Shown: positions 35,148 through 50,103 of the stretch, in pieces | How the letters are laid out: each line of letters begins with the position of its first letter | How positions within the stretch are numbered: the stretch's first letter is position 1 | Assembly: GCA_002633005.1 (NCBI GenBank) | Contig: NMRA01000593.1 | Span: 185,348 to 249,347 of the forward strand | DNA: 64,000 nucleotides | Direction: 5' to 3' | From: Phoronis australis | Lineage: Eukaryota > Animalia > Phoronida | Notes under the pieces: model-generated | Seen by the model: the letters and a program-made list of their open reading frames with translations, nothing else | What the model was told of the DNA's origin: nothing | Database searches by the model: none | Made by a program: the position numbers and the translations under genes

Positions 35148-37939
35148 AGTGTTCCAGTATTTCTTCTATATGAAACTGGATGTCTCAAAATTTACATGCT
35201 TATATTAGATGTTTAAACATTACAGCTTGTGAAGTAACGACACTTTTATTGCAAAAATAACACCACATACCAAAGACTGTGCTTCAACATGAATAGTCGC
35301 AATAAAAACCAGTCTTGACCATTCCATAAATAGGCGTGGGGAACAGGCAAATATAGCTTCTCTTTCATTTTGATTTTAAACATTATCTAAGTCAAGAATT
35401 AATCTTCACACTAACATTCTCCAAAATGAGGTGAACCAAATGTACAAAAAACAAGAAGAAAACAGTAAAGCAATGAATTACATCAACAAATATTTTACAA
35501 GACAATGGCAAAAAGTGGCGCAAAAGCAGCTGACTGCAAACAATACTTTCCTGTATTCTCCAGTATATAAAAAGTAAAATAAAAATCTTTCATAAGAAAG
35601 ACTTTTAACACTAAATAACAGCTCAATTGCGCTACTTCTACTTTCATGGTGTCTGTGTATTTTATTTCCCACATTGATATATGCAAAAAAAAAAACAGCG
35701 TTTATGCTCAGTTTTCATTTAACGTGGTTATAAACCAGTTTTCCACCAAAAAACAACTTCTAATTTAGACCACTTACCAGAATGCAATAGATCTTGAACG
35801 GTTCCTTAGACGAAGTGGATATGATTTCAGGGTTTTGGAAGAACAAAAAATAATTATCGCTATTGACATTAGGCGCTACACGTTATCTTCTCAGGGCGTG
35901 TCAGTTTATGCGCTGAGCATTGTCCAAAGTGAACTAATAACGAAACATCACTTTTTGGCAAACCCCGAAATCAATTCTCATCTGTGTAAGGTAAGAGTTA
36001 AAATCAAATTTATAGCGGTAAGCAGTCTAAATCAAAAGTTGGATGGAATGCAGATTGATACCGTCCCACTGTAACACCCAGTTACTGAAATAGGCTTCTC
36101 AAACACAATTGTTGCACAGAAAGTCTCGCCAACTCCTCTTTGAGTTAAGAAGTTTCCCTCTAAAATGCACTGCAACGACAAGGACTGGAATGTACTTCTA
36201 CATAAATCAACTCACGTTTTGAAGCAAACAATGGCACGCTTTTGGCCAAAACAAATGGCTTGAATTGAGCAATCCATCAACGGTGCACAAAAACATACGT
36301 TATTCTCAGGTGCAATTCACAAACAATTAAAAACATTGGAACATTGAAACATACGCTGTAAAGTCTCTTTACAATACATCACATACACGGGGTGACTTCA
36401 GGCTTTCAAAACAACAGTGTTCTGGTATTTTTGTCCTCATCTTATGGCGTTATTCACAACCAGGGAAATGGAGGTTTTCTAATAGAACAGGCCCAAAGGA
36501 CATTAAACTCCCCTTGATCTGCCTAAGATACACTTGAACAGTAAAAAATTTGATTTCATGCAAAAAATTAGGCAATAGCTGTCTGAGCCAATAAATGAGT
36601 TAAAAAATAAAATTCCCATTCTGCCATATTTTGGCCTACTCACGGATTATTCCGTAATTTGTTGATCATGATCCTTAATATATCAAATACCTTCTCCTGA
36701 AACTATCAAGTCAAAAATATGCACACAAATCAATGTGAAAATTCAACAAGAGCACAACGAAAACTAGCTTCCAGTCAATTACCTCGAATTGCGCGACATA
36801 CACAAATACTATTTTGGTCAAATGAACCCTGTAAAATTAACCCATTTCATGAACAGTCAACTTTCACAATCATACTGTAATAGAAATTAGGATAAAAACA
36901 GATACAAAATCACTACGAGACTAAGAATGACTAGACCAAGATAGACAACTGAGAAAGCTTAAAACTGCATTATGCTTTGTTTAGCTGGCTAAAAAACGAA
37001 AATGGAATTAAGCCCTTTACTCCCATAAGATTACTAACTGCGACACAGACAGGATTCCATTTTCAATCCTAACACGAACATGGAAAAATTCAGGGGTTCA
37101 TCAACCCTAAAACTGCAAAAATGGCATATATACAACGCATTGCCTGCGGCAAGAAGGCAAAATGCAACTTCAATTTAAAAGTAATCCATTGGAAATCAAA
37201 ACCAAATTTAAGCCTCAACCAGACAGTCAAAATTATGAGCCAGACTGTGGTAAGCTATGGTGCTGGAAATTGGAGCAAACCGTGGCGAAACAGGCAGCTA
37301 CAAGCACTACATCCGTGAGCAGCAAAGGTCGCTATGGTGATTATAATCTGTTTAAGACTACAATGAGTCACCCTAGATTCAATGTGAATCCCACGCACTA
37401 CAGTGCTGCTCCAATAAAGACCTGTCATCACCTTCGTCAACGTAAGACTGCTAAGCTGTTTACCACTATGTTGACAGTATCACTAAGTTTGTCTGCTTTA
37501 CTAGCAAAACTCTACGGTTAAGTTAGGGTTATTGTGAATAAGAAGATTAGCAGGTAGTCTGACAGCAGAATCTACACTACAATGATTTGTACATAAACAT
37601 TCTAACTTAAAAGTCATAATTCACACAGAAACAAAATATAATAACACCCATGACAGCAGGCACCAACACAAATGGGTAATAGATAATAGTCTGCTTTAAC
37701 TAATCTGTTATACTGGTAACAATATTTGATCAATCAGTCTAATATCTAATACTAAATAAATTAACACCATAAAATTATAATAACATCAGATCTAGGTCAC
37801 AAATTATTTCTGAAATCTTTATGACAGGTAAAACATGTTTAACGATCAAAAATTGATGAAAGTCAAACGATGTATACATGATGAGGAACAATCACAAACA
37901 ATTACACGTAATATTGAACACAAAGAAAATATTCAACGT

Positions 37940-40900
37940 TTAAATACTGCCGACTGTATTACATTTCTGTAGCTTAGCCTTTCCGATATCATGAAAGTCA
38001 AATATTTCAAGCAACAATGGCTCGAGTGCGTCCGGGTCACAAGACAGCAAAACTTTGCCGTGATTTTCAGAGAGTACGCGAATTTCCGACAATTTCATCA
38101 TCAATGCTGTGTGTATGGAGAAGGCCTCGGCGTATCCATACGTTGCTTCCAAATAGTGCTTCAGCAAAGCTGAATAGCGATCCTGAAGATTAGATACATA
38201 GGCTTTAGAGCCGACGGATGCAAATATGGGCGTGAACAAACATGTGATCTGTAACAAGGCAATAGTGAATGTGTCGTCCCGCAACAGTTTGCGAAGTTCT
38301 TTGACAAACTTGAGGTGCTCCATGTGAAGGGTCTTGTTGAAATCTTGCACAGCATCGTGGAGCACAGTTGACGGAGTCTCACCACGGGGGGTGATCCACG
38401 CATCCTTTTCCACCGAGAACAACTGGGCTGAGCGAATAAAAAGGCACGTGAGTGTCATCCCCTTCAGGATGTTGATCTGATCGACTTGCTCTAACGAGAT
38501 AAAGTCATCGATTTTTTTTGCAAATCGTATCAGACGACGTACAACTGCTCCCATACTGTTTATAAGAACGTTGAGGTTGATCTCTTCTGTCATGTCAGGG
38601 GGGTGTATGTCCTCCTCTGTGTTGCCAACGGTTACCATATACAGCTGCTCAAACTGACGGATCAATGAATTCTCCTCCGGCGTGAGTTGTCTATGACTTT
38701 CATCAGAGTCATGGGGATCGTCTGCAAGGAATGACAAGGAAGTAGAATAGATGGCAAGATACATACTTTGGTTCAATCAAGAAAAGACCACAAACTTTTG
38801 AGTATTTCTGAGTATTTTTGAGTATTGTTGCAGATGTGATCAGTTAGGCCTATGGCTGATTCATTCAGGTTAAATGTCTCTCTAAACAAGTCATTAAAGG
38901 ACCAGTGTCCAGTTGTCGGCCTCGAAACTAAACATTAAAACTGATCTATCTGAACATAAACTTAAAAAAACGATAAGTGGCATACAGCTTCAAATGCACG
39001 TTTGTAGGTTGCTCAGAATAGTGTCAGTTTGAAAAAAACAAAAGAATGTTTTCTACACAAAATCTCAAAATATAATTACCCAAAAACTTAGGAGAAAGAC
39101 CCAACTGTTTATATGGGAACTTTCAGTAAAAGATTGTGGGCTGAGTTTATTGGACATCCCACCTTTAAATCAAGGTCGCAACAAGAGACTATCACTGTCT
39201 TAAAGTGGCAATAAAAACACTCCCCGTCAAAAAACTATTACAGAACTGGTCATAACTTGCTCCTTACTCAGATTAGAAGTGATTTTTAGGTTAGGGGAGA
39301 ATGGTAAGTTTGTTATTTCCTTGGTACAATATGTTGGCAGCTAATATAGGGTCGCACAAGGAGAATAGGAACCAGCATGAACGCTGCGTCAGTTTTTTTC
39401 AAGCCAAGAAATGAATCCCTAGCATCAGAGTAAAGAACATGATAGGGTGAGTTCTGAAGCAGAAATTGACCAAAATCAAACCATAGACTGATTTTTTTTC
39501 AAGATTTGCCATTAAATGATGGATGAGTTGAATAAGAATCATGTTTAGCAAAATGTTAATTTCAACTAACGTATTCGTTTCATTTTGTTAGCATGCTGCT
39601 TTTCATGAAGACCAAAGTTCGACCGTACCTAAATTCACGCGTACTCAGAGTAAATGGTCAGTTCTCCAGCACAGGATTGGCAAAATGCGTGAATACCAGT
39701 TCACTGAGCCTCGTCTGAATAAAACTAAATGACAGAAAAATACTGTCTTACTCACTCCATGGGAAGGTCATGGGGACATTACGCTGAGGTAGAGTAGATG
39801 ACGAAGCGTTCTCACATGCTGGCCCCATGGATTCACTAGTCTCCGATTTGATGGCCACCAGCACCTGTCGACGCTCCCTATTCATTTTTACCTTCATTGT
39901 ACGTTTCTGTCGCTCTGTGTCATCTGTAAAGACAGCCAATGCCCAGTCATCACGTGACTTACCACAGAGCATACATTGGCAAATACCACTGTGACAAAAT
40001 TTAAGCTTCCACTAAAAAAGAATTAAGCAGAGCCGTCAATGCTACATAACTCCTATCATTTGCATGATTGACTTTAACATAATTAAGTGATTCCAAAGGT
40101 TAAAAAGAAGTTAGATCCACAAAAATTCTGTTACTTTGTAGTTACAAGAAGTCATGGAGACATACTTTGGTTAATATTTACCAATCTGGTCAATACGCCA
40201 TCTGTTGGCCACATTTCCTGACCTCAATGACCCACAGTACGTGAAGTCCAAGAAATTCAAACCGTGACAGAAATCTGCTCAAAATGAAAGAGAAAATGGG
40301 CCACAAAATGCGACCAGTTCGCGTTAAGACCGTCACCTGTCTTACCAAGAATCATGTCTTTCTTCATACCAACATCTAAACACTTCTGCAGTCTACAGGC
40401 AGAGCAGAACCGTCTCGTATTGATGTCAATCTTGCAGTCTTTTGAGAACATACATGCGAGAGGCTGTAATGTAATAACATCAAATGTTAGATAAATCATA
40501 CTACTTTCTTAGCACACAACCTTTCACGGAACCCGTACATTCTAAAAGTGTCCGAAAATATGCAAATAATTGCAGGCAGTCTGATACACGTTGTACCCAT
40601 TGCAGTGAGCACCTGGAACCATTTTTATGCTTTATGAATGTATAGTTAAAACCAAACTGAGGACCTGAGACCTGACTCAAGGGTCTAGCAGTGTGCCCCA
40701 GCGGGACTCAGTTCCACGACCTTTAGTAAAGAAAGCGGACACTTGTATCACTAGGCCACACTGCATTCACATTCCAACCACATATCACTGCCCATTTGTT
40801 TAGACACAACGTGTGACAGAATTCCTTTGACTGCTCTTGACCTATCCTTTACCCACCAAACTTTACCAAAGACTCAATTTGCCAATTGACCAATAGCATG

Positions 40901-42220
40901 TAAAGTAAAAATTGAAATTAATTATCTTACTAAAGATCAAATATTTCATCAATTTTTCATTTGATTCTCAAGCACAGTTTGGTGGTTTTTTGGTTCCTGA
41001 AGTCCACTGTGGGACTAAAGAAGACAAAAAGCTAGAGTGAATTTGCACAGAAAATAAAAATATTTCACCAATTACCATACAATTGAGCTACGGTATAGGT
41101 CTTCATGGCAATCAGACACCAGGGAACAATATGTAGTGCATTTCAAAACTCTGTCTCACGCTCATTAGTACAGTAGGCAGTAACAGTACACAATTCTCAA
41201 TTTCAAACACTAAAAATTGATACTTTTCTCAACACTTAGGAGGTTAAGTTCAGATACATAAAAATCAAATCATTAGGTAGTTAACAATCGTGCATTCAAA
41301 ATATTTACTAACATGACAACATCCATCACCCAAGCTCATATTTTTCAAAAAAAAAATCATAAGGAAAAGACTGATTTGCCCTCTTACATGTACAGACACA
41401 CACAAGACCAGTATTCCAACATGGAGACCACATTAACTGCTAGTCCATAAATACATGTGCTCAAGATTTAAGACAATGTATGCGAAACAGAAATATAGAT
41501 TTACTATAAATACGTAACACTTTATTGACAACTCTGCATAGTTAGCCAAATATCTAGATTTTAGCTTAGTAAAAGCATATATCTTTTCAACATAGAACGA
41601 TAGTAGAATTTGATTTTTGATTTTTTGAATCTGCAATTAATTGTACCACATGACCATGTCTTGACAACAAAATTTAGCACAAAAAGGTTTATCGATAATA
41701 AAGCAACAGTATCAAAAACATGATCAAATTTTGTTTTATATAAATGTTCAAGATGATGTATCGGAAAACATTTTCTAAAATACTGTTTCATTTTTGTAAC
41801 ATGGAAGTTTCATTTTTTTCATGAAAAGTCCCGTTTTTTGATAGCCTCTCGTGCAAAAGTGGAACATCTTAAAAATAATTCCTACCAGCATTTTAAAGAG
41901 CGGTGAATAAACCACAGTGCCTGAAGGTTTCACATGAATCGTATCAGCCATTAATGAGACATGATGTTCTGGAGTTAGCCAAACTGAGACATTTTCCTAG
42001 GGTACTACAAAACCTTGCACATCCAGATGGCTAATTCACGTACCTTTGATTTTAAGGCATTCCGTCGAAAGAATGCTTTGCACGATTCACACGTGATGGC
42101 GTCAAAGTTATAGCCAAGAGCTCTGTCGCCGCAGACCCGGCAGATTTTGCTCTCTTTACTGCGTAGCTTCCTTTTCTGTGCGACATGACGAGACTCTTCT
42201 AATGAGCCCAATGAGTCAAT
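37940..42220 (-). CDS. HR96: Nuclear hormone receptor, NR1J (HR96/DAF-12/NHR-8-like): DNA-binding, hinge and ligand-binding exons
   Basis: Exons 42220-42044 ([29 protein letters not shown], the NR1J-type ESCKA P-box), 40463-40346 ([36 protein letters not shown]), 39923-39756 and 38721-37940 ([27 protein letters not shown]; AF-2 [10 protein letters not shown]). Phases match. The exact paralogue cannot be assigned. Confidence 0.9.
40692..40764 (-). repeat. Degenerate tRNA-derived SINE-head-like fragment
   Basis: Minus strand GTGTGGCCTAGTG (A box) ... GGTCGTGGAACTGAGTCCCGCTGGGGCAC (decayed T arm). Confidence 0.4.
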
Positions 42221-43671
42221 CTGAAGAACACAAAAATGTAGAGTGTACTAGACGATGGATGTTATCATTCATCATAAATAGATTAAAAAATACAAAGTCA
42301 TGACAACCGCAGGGGCTTGATGACATTCTGGTTCCTGCAAAAAATTTCGTCGCCATCTGCCGAAGTTGTTGTCGATGAACATTGACAGAGGGCGACGAAA
42401 TNATTTACAGCAAGGCTATGATAATGATATGCATATGGTTAAAATCTCCATTAAATTCTGAACAACTTTCATACAGACTACTTTTCTGTGAAGTTGACAT
42501 TTTCCTTTCAAATTTCCAATTTAAAAATGTTAGGTCATTAATCTGAGTGACCTTCATAACAGCCCAGTGTACAGGAGTAGTGGTGACCTACTTAGCTCAG
42601 CACACAGGGAAAGTTGTCTGAATAGAGGCTTAGCAGGATAAGGGTTAAGTGAATATGCCAACACTGTCAACTTGATACGATGAAATTTAATTTCTAAAAT
42701 TTTTTCATAAAGGATAAGTATGATAGAATGAATGCTAGACTATTTTCAAGTTCTGTACACTAGCTACCGTCAAACAGCATTTTTGAAAAATTAAGGACAG
42801 TAACAATGTTGGTAACCCTTTAAAACTGAACATATAACTGGGCACATAAATTTTTTTTTATTTGAAATTGGTGAGATTTTACTGCAAACAAAACGTATCA
42901 ACGGTACATTACCTTTTACCTCTATGATATTTTTCAACACAAAGTTCATTTAATTTTTCTTCAATTCCTCGAAAATGTACACGGCATGAAAAACAACCCC
43001 GGTAATAAAAAATGCGCACCCTACGAGTTAGTTTGAATGTTCCATTCTCCTTCCTGGATGTCCAAATACCGTCCAATCAAATCAATCCGAAGAATTTTTA
43101 GAAGTTATTACATATCTAACATTGCGGCTGTTAAAATTTAAAGAAACAGAAATAGTGTAATAATTATTTAATATTCTGAATATTAAATCACCAATGTGAT
43201 TTAATACCTTGCTGCGTGACCCACTGTAAACAGATTTCAGCACACCACCTACTTTTTGTTAAATCGAGTAGTTTCGACACCGATTTTCCAAACCTCTCAA
43301 TAGTTCAATTTTTTTCTGTATTTATGATTTTCAAGAGATTGCCAATATCCAGTAAAACAGGGATAATACTAAACAGATCATACAATGTCTTCATTGATGA
43401 AAACAGAAAAAAATTTTTAAATGTGCGAAATGTCTGACATACGCAACAAGAATAGTACATTAACCGACAAAGGCTAACTATGTAAATAAATCTGTACAAT
43501 AATTTACTTTTAAATACAATTCGGTAAAATTATATTAATAGAAATGCAAACCTGTATAATTCAATGTTAGGACTTGATACCAATCTGCCATTGATTGAGT
43601 CCGGCGACAATACAGTCTTTTAAATAAAAATTAAGAAAAAACAAAAAAGTGCGTTCATCCCAACACATTGA

Positions 43672-43761
43672 CAGCAAATTTCAATAACATGTTACAGTAT
43701 GGCAGCAAATTTCAATAACACGTTACAGTATGGCAGCAAATTTCAATAACATGTTACAGTA
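43672..43761. repeat. Minisatellite, 31-bp unit x~3
   Basis: CAGCAAATTTCAATAACA(T/C)GTTACAGTATGG repeated in tandem. Confidence 0.9.
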
Positions 43762-46700
43762 TTCTAAATTATCATTTTGTTCTCGTTTTATGCGAATTTT
43801 TCCCTAGACAAACATTTTTGATGATCCCTGCTTCAGAATAATTCCAAACACCATTCTTAACAGAGTTTTGTTGAACAGAGCATCAGTTTCATTTGAATCC
43901 AATCCTCCATTTCTGAAATATGATGGTCCAAAGTTAGCAGGACTTGCATATCTGTCCACAACCCCACAGTACTGTTCACTGCATAGTTTACTACTGAATA
44001 ATTTACTACGCAATCACCTGTAAAGGATCTATGACATTATGACACACCACAAAATCTTCAAACTGGGAAAAGCATTGAGAGAACTGTCCAATATTATAAA
44101 CGAAAGGTCGTTCAACTACATCTGCTTACCAGCATTCCAACCAGAATACTAGAACAGCCCGTTAGAAATCCCAACTCAAAAAACATGGCATTTGAGAACA
44201 ATTTTGTGTATCAAAATCTATACCGTGAAATCTCAGGAATCTCAGACTACAGCAATTGTCAGAAAGACCTTTGTCGACCTATTTTTAATTTTTCATAAGC
44301 TTCTGACTTGTTGTGAATGCTCACGAGTTTTCAAAATATTTGTTGTTTATGAAAAAAATGCATCCTAAATTGGTAAGAGTGTATCATTAATGTTTTTGGA
44401 CAATTTTAAAATAGCAAAAATAGATGTTAGTAGATAGCTAAAAATACAAAAACAGTGATCTTTCAAATTGTTGATGAATGTATAGCACACATTATCACAG
44501 AAAAACAATTACCCGTGGCTGGGCGGAGTTACATGGTGACATTATTGTAACAAACATCCATGCAAAGTGCACAGGGACTCATAATTAAACACCCCTACAA
44601 CAACCATCAAATATGCTTACAAAGAAACCAGACAGAATTCATTAAAGTCCTTGAACTACCAGATACAGTGTGGAGTTATCACCCAAAGGCAGAAAGTAAA
44701 AATAAGTAGTTGCTATGAAAACACCAATACTGATAAACTGGTTCGTGAAGCCAAACAAAACCTGCATTCAACTCATGAGGAACATTAACAGAAAGTGACT
44801 ACGCAATTTAAATCAGAGCCACAAAGCAAAACTGGTATTTGCAAAACCAGAAAATTGTAGGTATCAATATTGGCTTTACTGTAAAATGGCTGTACATGAA
44901 ATTGCACCTACATCAGGAATTTTGTATTCCGCTTCAAGCAAAAACACGTGAGCAATGACCAAAAACAAGTTTTGCGGTAAAATCTCACCAATTTCGGACA
45001 AAAATAACAGCACTTTTCAAAGTCTTCTAACACTGTTGTGAATAATTTTCAAAATATTGTTTGAATACACCAAACCATCATTTTTGCATTTTATGAAAAA
45101 TTTCACCTGTCCACCATGTTGTGTGAAAATTGGCGGCATTTTACCATAAAAAGGAGGCAGGTGAAGCTTAGTCATACTTCGTTAATTATTGATGTTTTAA
45201 AAAAAATTACCTGTTACGGTGATTCAGCACTTCTTTAGCACAAAATATGGCCAAGCTGACAAGCGCAATTGTATTTTGACAAATTCTCCACAAAAATAAA
45301 CAACGGGAACATTTTTGTTGTCTACTGTTATCATGATAAGTAACCTAAATTGAAAAACGGAAAATGACAATTTTGGCAATTAATTTTAAACAAAGTAAAA
45401 AAATATTCTGTACAAAGTGATATGTAGATTATTCACTTTTTACACAACAATAACTACCAAAAATTGTCATTTTACGAATTTTTGATGCTGACTTAACTTT
45501 GCGACAAATAAAAAACTTTATAACATCTCTATACAACAAACCAGCCTAATAATGAACTGAGAATATCTTAATCTTTATTTCTATTGAGAAATTTGATAAA
45601 ACGTCCACCATATTGCGTGCAACACGAGTTTCTAATAGTAGAGGGAATTGGAAAATTGTTCAGAATTGATGAAACGGAAACCATTCCAGATTCGATGCTC
45701 GGTTCTGACATTCTTACTAAGCACAGGGACAAGGTAGTTTGCTTTGAAGGGCAATGAGACCAGACCAGAACACCTAAACAACAGAAGGTGCTGTCCTTAG
45801 TTACCAGAAGGAAATGTACGTGTGGCCACTGTAACTTTGCCCTGCTTACCTGACATTTTATATTTATTAGCAATGTTGAACAAAGATTTGCGTGCGGCCA
45901 TGCTCTCATTGCCTCATCTATGTGAATTTTAAATTTTTTGGCGATATCGCAGAAACGATTTTACAGTCATGGAATCACGTTTAATTCGACATTTTTCAGT
46001 GGCAACGATGACGGCTACAAATCATTGAATCGTATTTAATTCAATATTATTCAATATGGTATTTAGTCATTTATGAATTGTACTAAGGATGAACAAAAGA
46101 CATACAGAACATATTTACTGTGACAAGCGCGTATAAGGAAGTCGCTTGTATACCTTAGTGAGGCATCAGTACATATTCCTGTATGCGACACACTTGAGCC
46201 GAAAAATTTTTGAAAAAGGAATAGTATTTCCCATATAGGCATGCAGGCCTCAGTATGTGCATTGTCACCAAACTGTCATTCATTGGAAAGAAGAATGTGC
46301 TAAGGTATTTTGAGAAAGCAGTTTCTCTGCTATAAATAGTAACATAACCATTTTGTTATAAAGAGAAATACGTTTGTTCATACCCGAGGCCATCGGCCCA
46401 CAGTACTTACATATCAAACACAACAATAAAATACAGTAAATACGCATGTGTAGTAGCTTCAAACGTCAAGTAGTTTTTGTCTTAAAACAGAAGCCTGATA
46501 TACAAATTTGATTAGGTTTTAAGCACACAGGGATCAGAAGTTTTCATTAACCTTTGAAATCCACGATTAGTGGCATTGGTCCAATATATTCTAGGTAACA
46601 TTCTAATTCTCAGGTCTTCATACTATTTTGTTATTTAAATATTCTACAATAAAAATCAAATTTGCTATGTGTGAAACACTTGAGCAAAACCAAAAAAAAA

Positions 46701-47969
46701 ATTTCTAAATATTATTTGAGTGAAATTTGATGAAACTGTTAGACAATAACAGACGTCGATAGGTATTTGGTTTAACATTAATTTTATGCAAGATCCTCGA
46801 AAAACATGGGTCGGATTCACGTGAAAATTTCAGATATTGCGCTATATGCAGTGTTCTCTAAAACAATGTTAGGAATTAGTTTTAAAATGATTCACTTTTG
46901 TAGGAGAGACTATCACAAATAGGAGTTTCATAATTTTTATAAAAAGCTCAGGTTATATAAATAAAAACAATTATTTAAAGAACCAATCACTGCTTTTTAT
47001 ATTTCATCTCCATGAACATTTGTATGAAACTCAATTTAGTGGTTACTTACATCTCGTTCACCTACAAATGTATCTTAATTCTTTTTTCCTAAATTTTACT
47101 AAAAAGACAATTGGTATAAAGTCAAAAATTAAATTCTACAGACTTTTTACTTTCAGAAAATAAATACCTTTACACACTTAAATTTCAAGTTTTGTAGATA
47201 TTTGAATGACTGGATGGAGTTGTGGATAAGGTACAGAGCCTCAGTGTAAGCGCTTGAGAAACACTAGAGCAAACATTTTCTTCAAAAAAGCAAATTATTT
47301 TGAATGCAGACTCATGGGTCGAACTATGTGCAAATATGGTGAACACTTTCTGTATATGCGATGTTTCATGACATGGTCCCTCATTCAAACTTCACAGCAT
47401 TAAGATCACTCTGCTAAGGGGTGATGTACAAAAGTGAAGTCGCCCTATTGCATAATGCTCAGGCAGGTTATCTAAACCTGTGAGAAACACCTGTAGTTGT
47501 CTGCAGGGCAATGAAATGTAGCGTCTAATCGATAAATGAATTTCCGCGCAAGAGCAAAAACTTTCCCAATCTCACATAACTTCAGGGATTCTAAGGAAAG
47601 CTGCCTGTTTCGTGATTTAGAAGTTGTAAAAATCATCAACTTTTGTCAACTTCATTTTACGACTTTTAATTCCTACTTAACAATGGGACATATAACCTTG
47701 TGAAGCAAACCAGCAGCACCTGGACAGCCATTGAGGAAGATTTTATACACCACATTTGGACAAACGTATTTACGGAGTAATTTGTGAAGTTGATTACGTT
47801 AAAATCTAACCAATTGATGACACAATACGGCCGACAAGTGAAATTTTATTTTATCACTTTTTCATAAGTGACAGATAGTACCAAAATAGTGACCCTTGTA
47901 CCTAAGCCCTTAGAACTTTTTTAAAATGCAACTTTTGTGAAAAAAGCGCATGACCAAGAGATGATTACA

Positions 47970-48030
47970 TTTACAGCAAATCATTAGTATTTACAGCAAA
48001 TCATTAGTATTCACAGCAAATCATTAGTAT
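47970..48030. repeat. Minisatellite, 20-bp unit x3
   Basis: TT(T/C)ACAGCAAATCATTAGTA repeated in tandem. Confidence 0.9.
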
Positions 48031-48807
48031 TTTTGATGCGGTGCACGATGGCTTGCCCATCATTACCTTCAGTTTTGATAGTCCTAATTAAGTCTATCGA
48101 AATAGGTCAACTTATACCTCACAAAATGTTTTAACGAGCACCTGCTAACTGAGAATTTTGCAAAAAAATCAAAAGAGGAAGGAATATTTACAAGCAACTT
48201 GACACCTTATAACAAGATAATTACGCCTGCATTGATAATGAGATGAATTAACATGATGCAGGCATGGAGCCAGGATATAGAATAACAATTCAGCCAGATT
48301 CATAGCCAAACACCTTGAGCACATGGGCACTTTCAGTTACTTAATTTGCATGGATGAGGGGCTGTAATTTCCTCCTAACTTTTCCTTTTGTCTCTTCTCT
48401 CTTATGTGAAATACATAATGATTTGTTCCATTTTATGAAAGAGGTTCAACAAGGGCAGTTTCATCCTGCCCTCACCAACCACTGATCCATGAAAACTTTT
48501 GATAATTTAGTAGGTATTCAAACTCTTTTGTGAAGATGGGATATGGGGTGACAAAGAGGCAGGTGGTGAAAAGCTCTGAATCTGTTTAGTTTAATACCAG
48601 ATTGACCTCACGGATGGCAGTGCACTCTCTAGAACAGTACAAGAAGAGGCTACTATGGAGTAAGGACTTTATAAAAAAATACTTTTCGTTTACACGGAAA
48701 CATCAAGTACCATATTCACCCTAATAACCACCCAGGACACTTACAAAAATTCATTTCAGGGTGGGCACTTATTGTAACCCAAGGCGGTTGAAACCCATGT
48801 ACTTTAA

Positions 48808-49229
48808 ACGGGCAGTAGGCCAAATCCGGCCACCGATTAGGAGTTTTTACCTCGTCCAAAATACATTCCACACTTAAAACTATCACTTAAAAAAGTGCTT
48901 ACTTTCTTTAGTGGTCATTTCTACTTCTACACATATCTTCGATGAACTTAGTTACGAGAATTAAGATGACTTTGGCGAAGAATTCCAACTCCACTTTTTG
49001 GTCACCGTTAACTTTTTCCCCACGCGCGCGATGGCCACAAAGTATTTCAACTGAGTCACATGAGTTAGGCAAAGGCTAGCGCGAGACTGAGTGAAGCGCG
49101 TGACGCTGGCACGTGACACTTGCAAAATATCATAGGAAGGTATCAAGTGAAATTTGTAAGATTCGTGTCCCTTGGACTTTTTATTCAAAATGTGCGATTT
49201 CAACTAACTTCCTCAAAATGGCACCCGGT
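48808..49229. repeat. Dispersed ~400-bp repeat, copy 2 (copy 1 at ~19730-20125)
   Basis: Collinear with copy 1 in the same orientation, ending CCTCAAAATGGCACCCGGT. Confidence 0.8.
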
Positions 49230-49739
49230 AAGAGAAACTTGAGCAAACCGCAACAGATTTGTATTGATTTGTTCAAATTATCTTGACTGAAACATCTCCA
49301 GACTTACGGTGTGTGTTAATTATAACTCCATGTGCAAATATGTATGTTTCATTTGATTTCATTTCCTGTATTTTGAAATTCGTAACTTTTTGTAGTGATG
49401 TACTATTGCCTCTGTATGCCTACGGCATCCAGGGTGATGTAATTGCCTATGCGGCTGGATGCGTGCGTGACTATCTGACAGTTATTTTTCAGTGTAAGGT
49501 GCATTCACTGTCAGTGGTCATTTTATCGGATATTTGGCTTAAAAACACTAATTATGAATTAAATCAAACAATCCTTAAAAATAACGCAAAACATATTTTA
49601 TAGTGTAGAAATTGTTGGAAATTAGTGCCAATATTCATTTCTAGCGAATGCTATGCTACCCGTTTCATGAATGGATAGTTCCCGGCTAATGTCTTTGATG
49701 ACAGATACAATGTAGCGCGCGCTTCCTGGCCAGTGCTTT

Positions 49740-50103
49740 TAACGCTGGCCAAGCTTTTTAATAATCTTCGATTTGTGGTTTTTACATGTACAAAGACAAG
49801 TACACTACGTCTGTTCTGAAAAGCCGGACCATAGTGGGACACATTCGTCGCAAGATCAGCAAAACTTTTGTGTTCGTTTGAGGCAGCGCTGAAGTTTGAA
49901 GTCTACAAATTCTGCACACAATGATTTTTTCAGGACTGTCGGATATTATTGATAAATTGAAGACGTTACTGTAGAATTTTAGAACCGTAGGTAAGGCATT
50001 TTTCGCACGTACACGTTCATGGGCTGGGTGCTTATTTTAGCAAAGTCTGAAAATGCGTGGGGGGCGTTTACAGGGGCATGGACGGTTATTAGGACGAATA
50101 TTG
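49740..50103 (+). mobile_element. Degenerate partial copy of the HIRAN-carrying TIR element at 62635-63633
   Basis: Shares ACCATAGTGGGA.ACATTC, TTTTTTCAGGACTGT.GGAT, TTGATAAATTGAAGAC, GTAGGTAAGGCATTTTTC and a decayed right TIR (TTATTAGGACGAATA). Confidence 0.8.

Noticed and set aside
39629-39714. Possible extra receptor exon (AG...GT bounded)
   Set aside because: Stops in all three frames, and the upstream intron would be only ~40 nt.
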